From NCBI GenBank assembly GCA_046542505.1, contig JBKHBH010000042.1, forward strand, positions 1 through 16,175: a stretch of 16,175 nucleotides of DNA, read 5' to 3'. Below, in pieces: positions 15,862 to 16,175 of the stretch. The notes under the pieces were generated by a model. The model did not search any database, was not told the origin of the DNA, and worked only from the letters and a program-made list of their open reading frames with translations. Position numbers and translations under genes: made by a program. This stretch comes from Thermovirgaceae bacterium (GTDB lineage: Bacteria > Synergistota > Synergistia > Synergistales > Thermovirgaceae). Within the stretch, counting starts at the first letter, position 1. The number at the start of each line of letters is the position of its first letter.

Positions 15862-16175
15862 GATCGTCTGTACCCTTGGTCCTGCCTGCCAGGCGAAGGA
15901 AACGCTCAGGGAAATGGTCACCGCCGGCATGGATGTGGCCCGGCTGAATTTCAGTCATGGAACCCAGGAAAGCCACGGACTGCATCTTGAGAATGTCAGG
16001 GCCCTCGAAAAGGAATTGGCCCGACCCATCGCCGCAATGCTTGACACAAAGGGGCCGGAGATCAGGACAGGGCGACTTTCCGGAGGGCAGCCCGTCCACA
16101 TTGATACCGGCGGCAAAATCCGCCTGACGCCCGATGATGTCGAAGGATCCGGCCAAAGAATCCATGTAGGATATG
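15848..16175 (+). CDS. pyk: Pyruvate kinase, 5' part (runs off the window; absent from the ORF track)
   Basis: Manual translation from ATG 15848 gives [38 protein letters not shown]...[12 protein letters not shown]. Overlaps mtrB by 14 nt. Confidence 0.96.
   Translation, partial: MKRVKIVCTLGPACQAKETLREMVTAGMDVARLNFSHGTQESHGLHLENVRALEKELARPIAAMLDTKGPEIRTGRLSGGQPVHIDTGGKIRLTPDDVEGSGQRIHVGY

Overview
Bacterial chromosomal housekeeping region of moderate GC content. Gene content (TAXI receptor, HutP, ThyX, TRAP/MtrB) is compatible with an anaerobic amino-acid fermenter such as a Synergistota member; this is inference only. The window opens with the probable terminal end of an IS1202/ISNCY-type insertion sequence. 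It continues with cspA, a convergent orphan TAXI-type TRAP-transporter receptor and a divergent HutP-family gene. A long + strand run follows: rpmE-thyX-DUF1385-prfA-prmC, then trxB (with an extra Cys-less thioredoxin-like domain)-degenerate PfkB-family protein-LMW phosphatase, then M48 peptidase-dnaX-dnaE-mtrB-pyk (pyk truncated by the window edge). Best leads: (1) a run of about 11-12 NAG triplets covering the mtrB ribosome-binding site and start codon, suggesting TRAP autoregulation and possible tryptophan control of coupled pyk; (2) a three-gene module of TrxB fused to a dead thioredoxin fold, a probable PfkB pseudokinase and a YwlE-type arginine phosphatase; (3) two amino-acid-sensing RNA-binding ring proteins (HutP and TRAP) with no cognate operons in the window.
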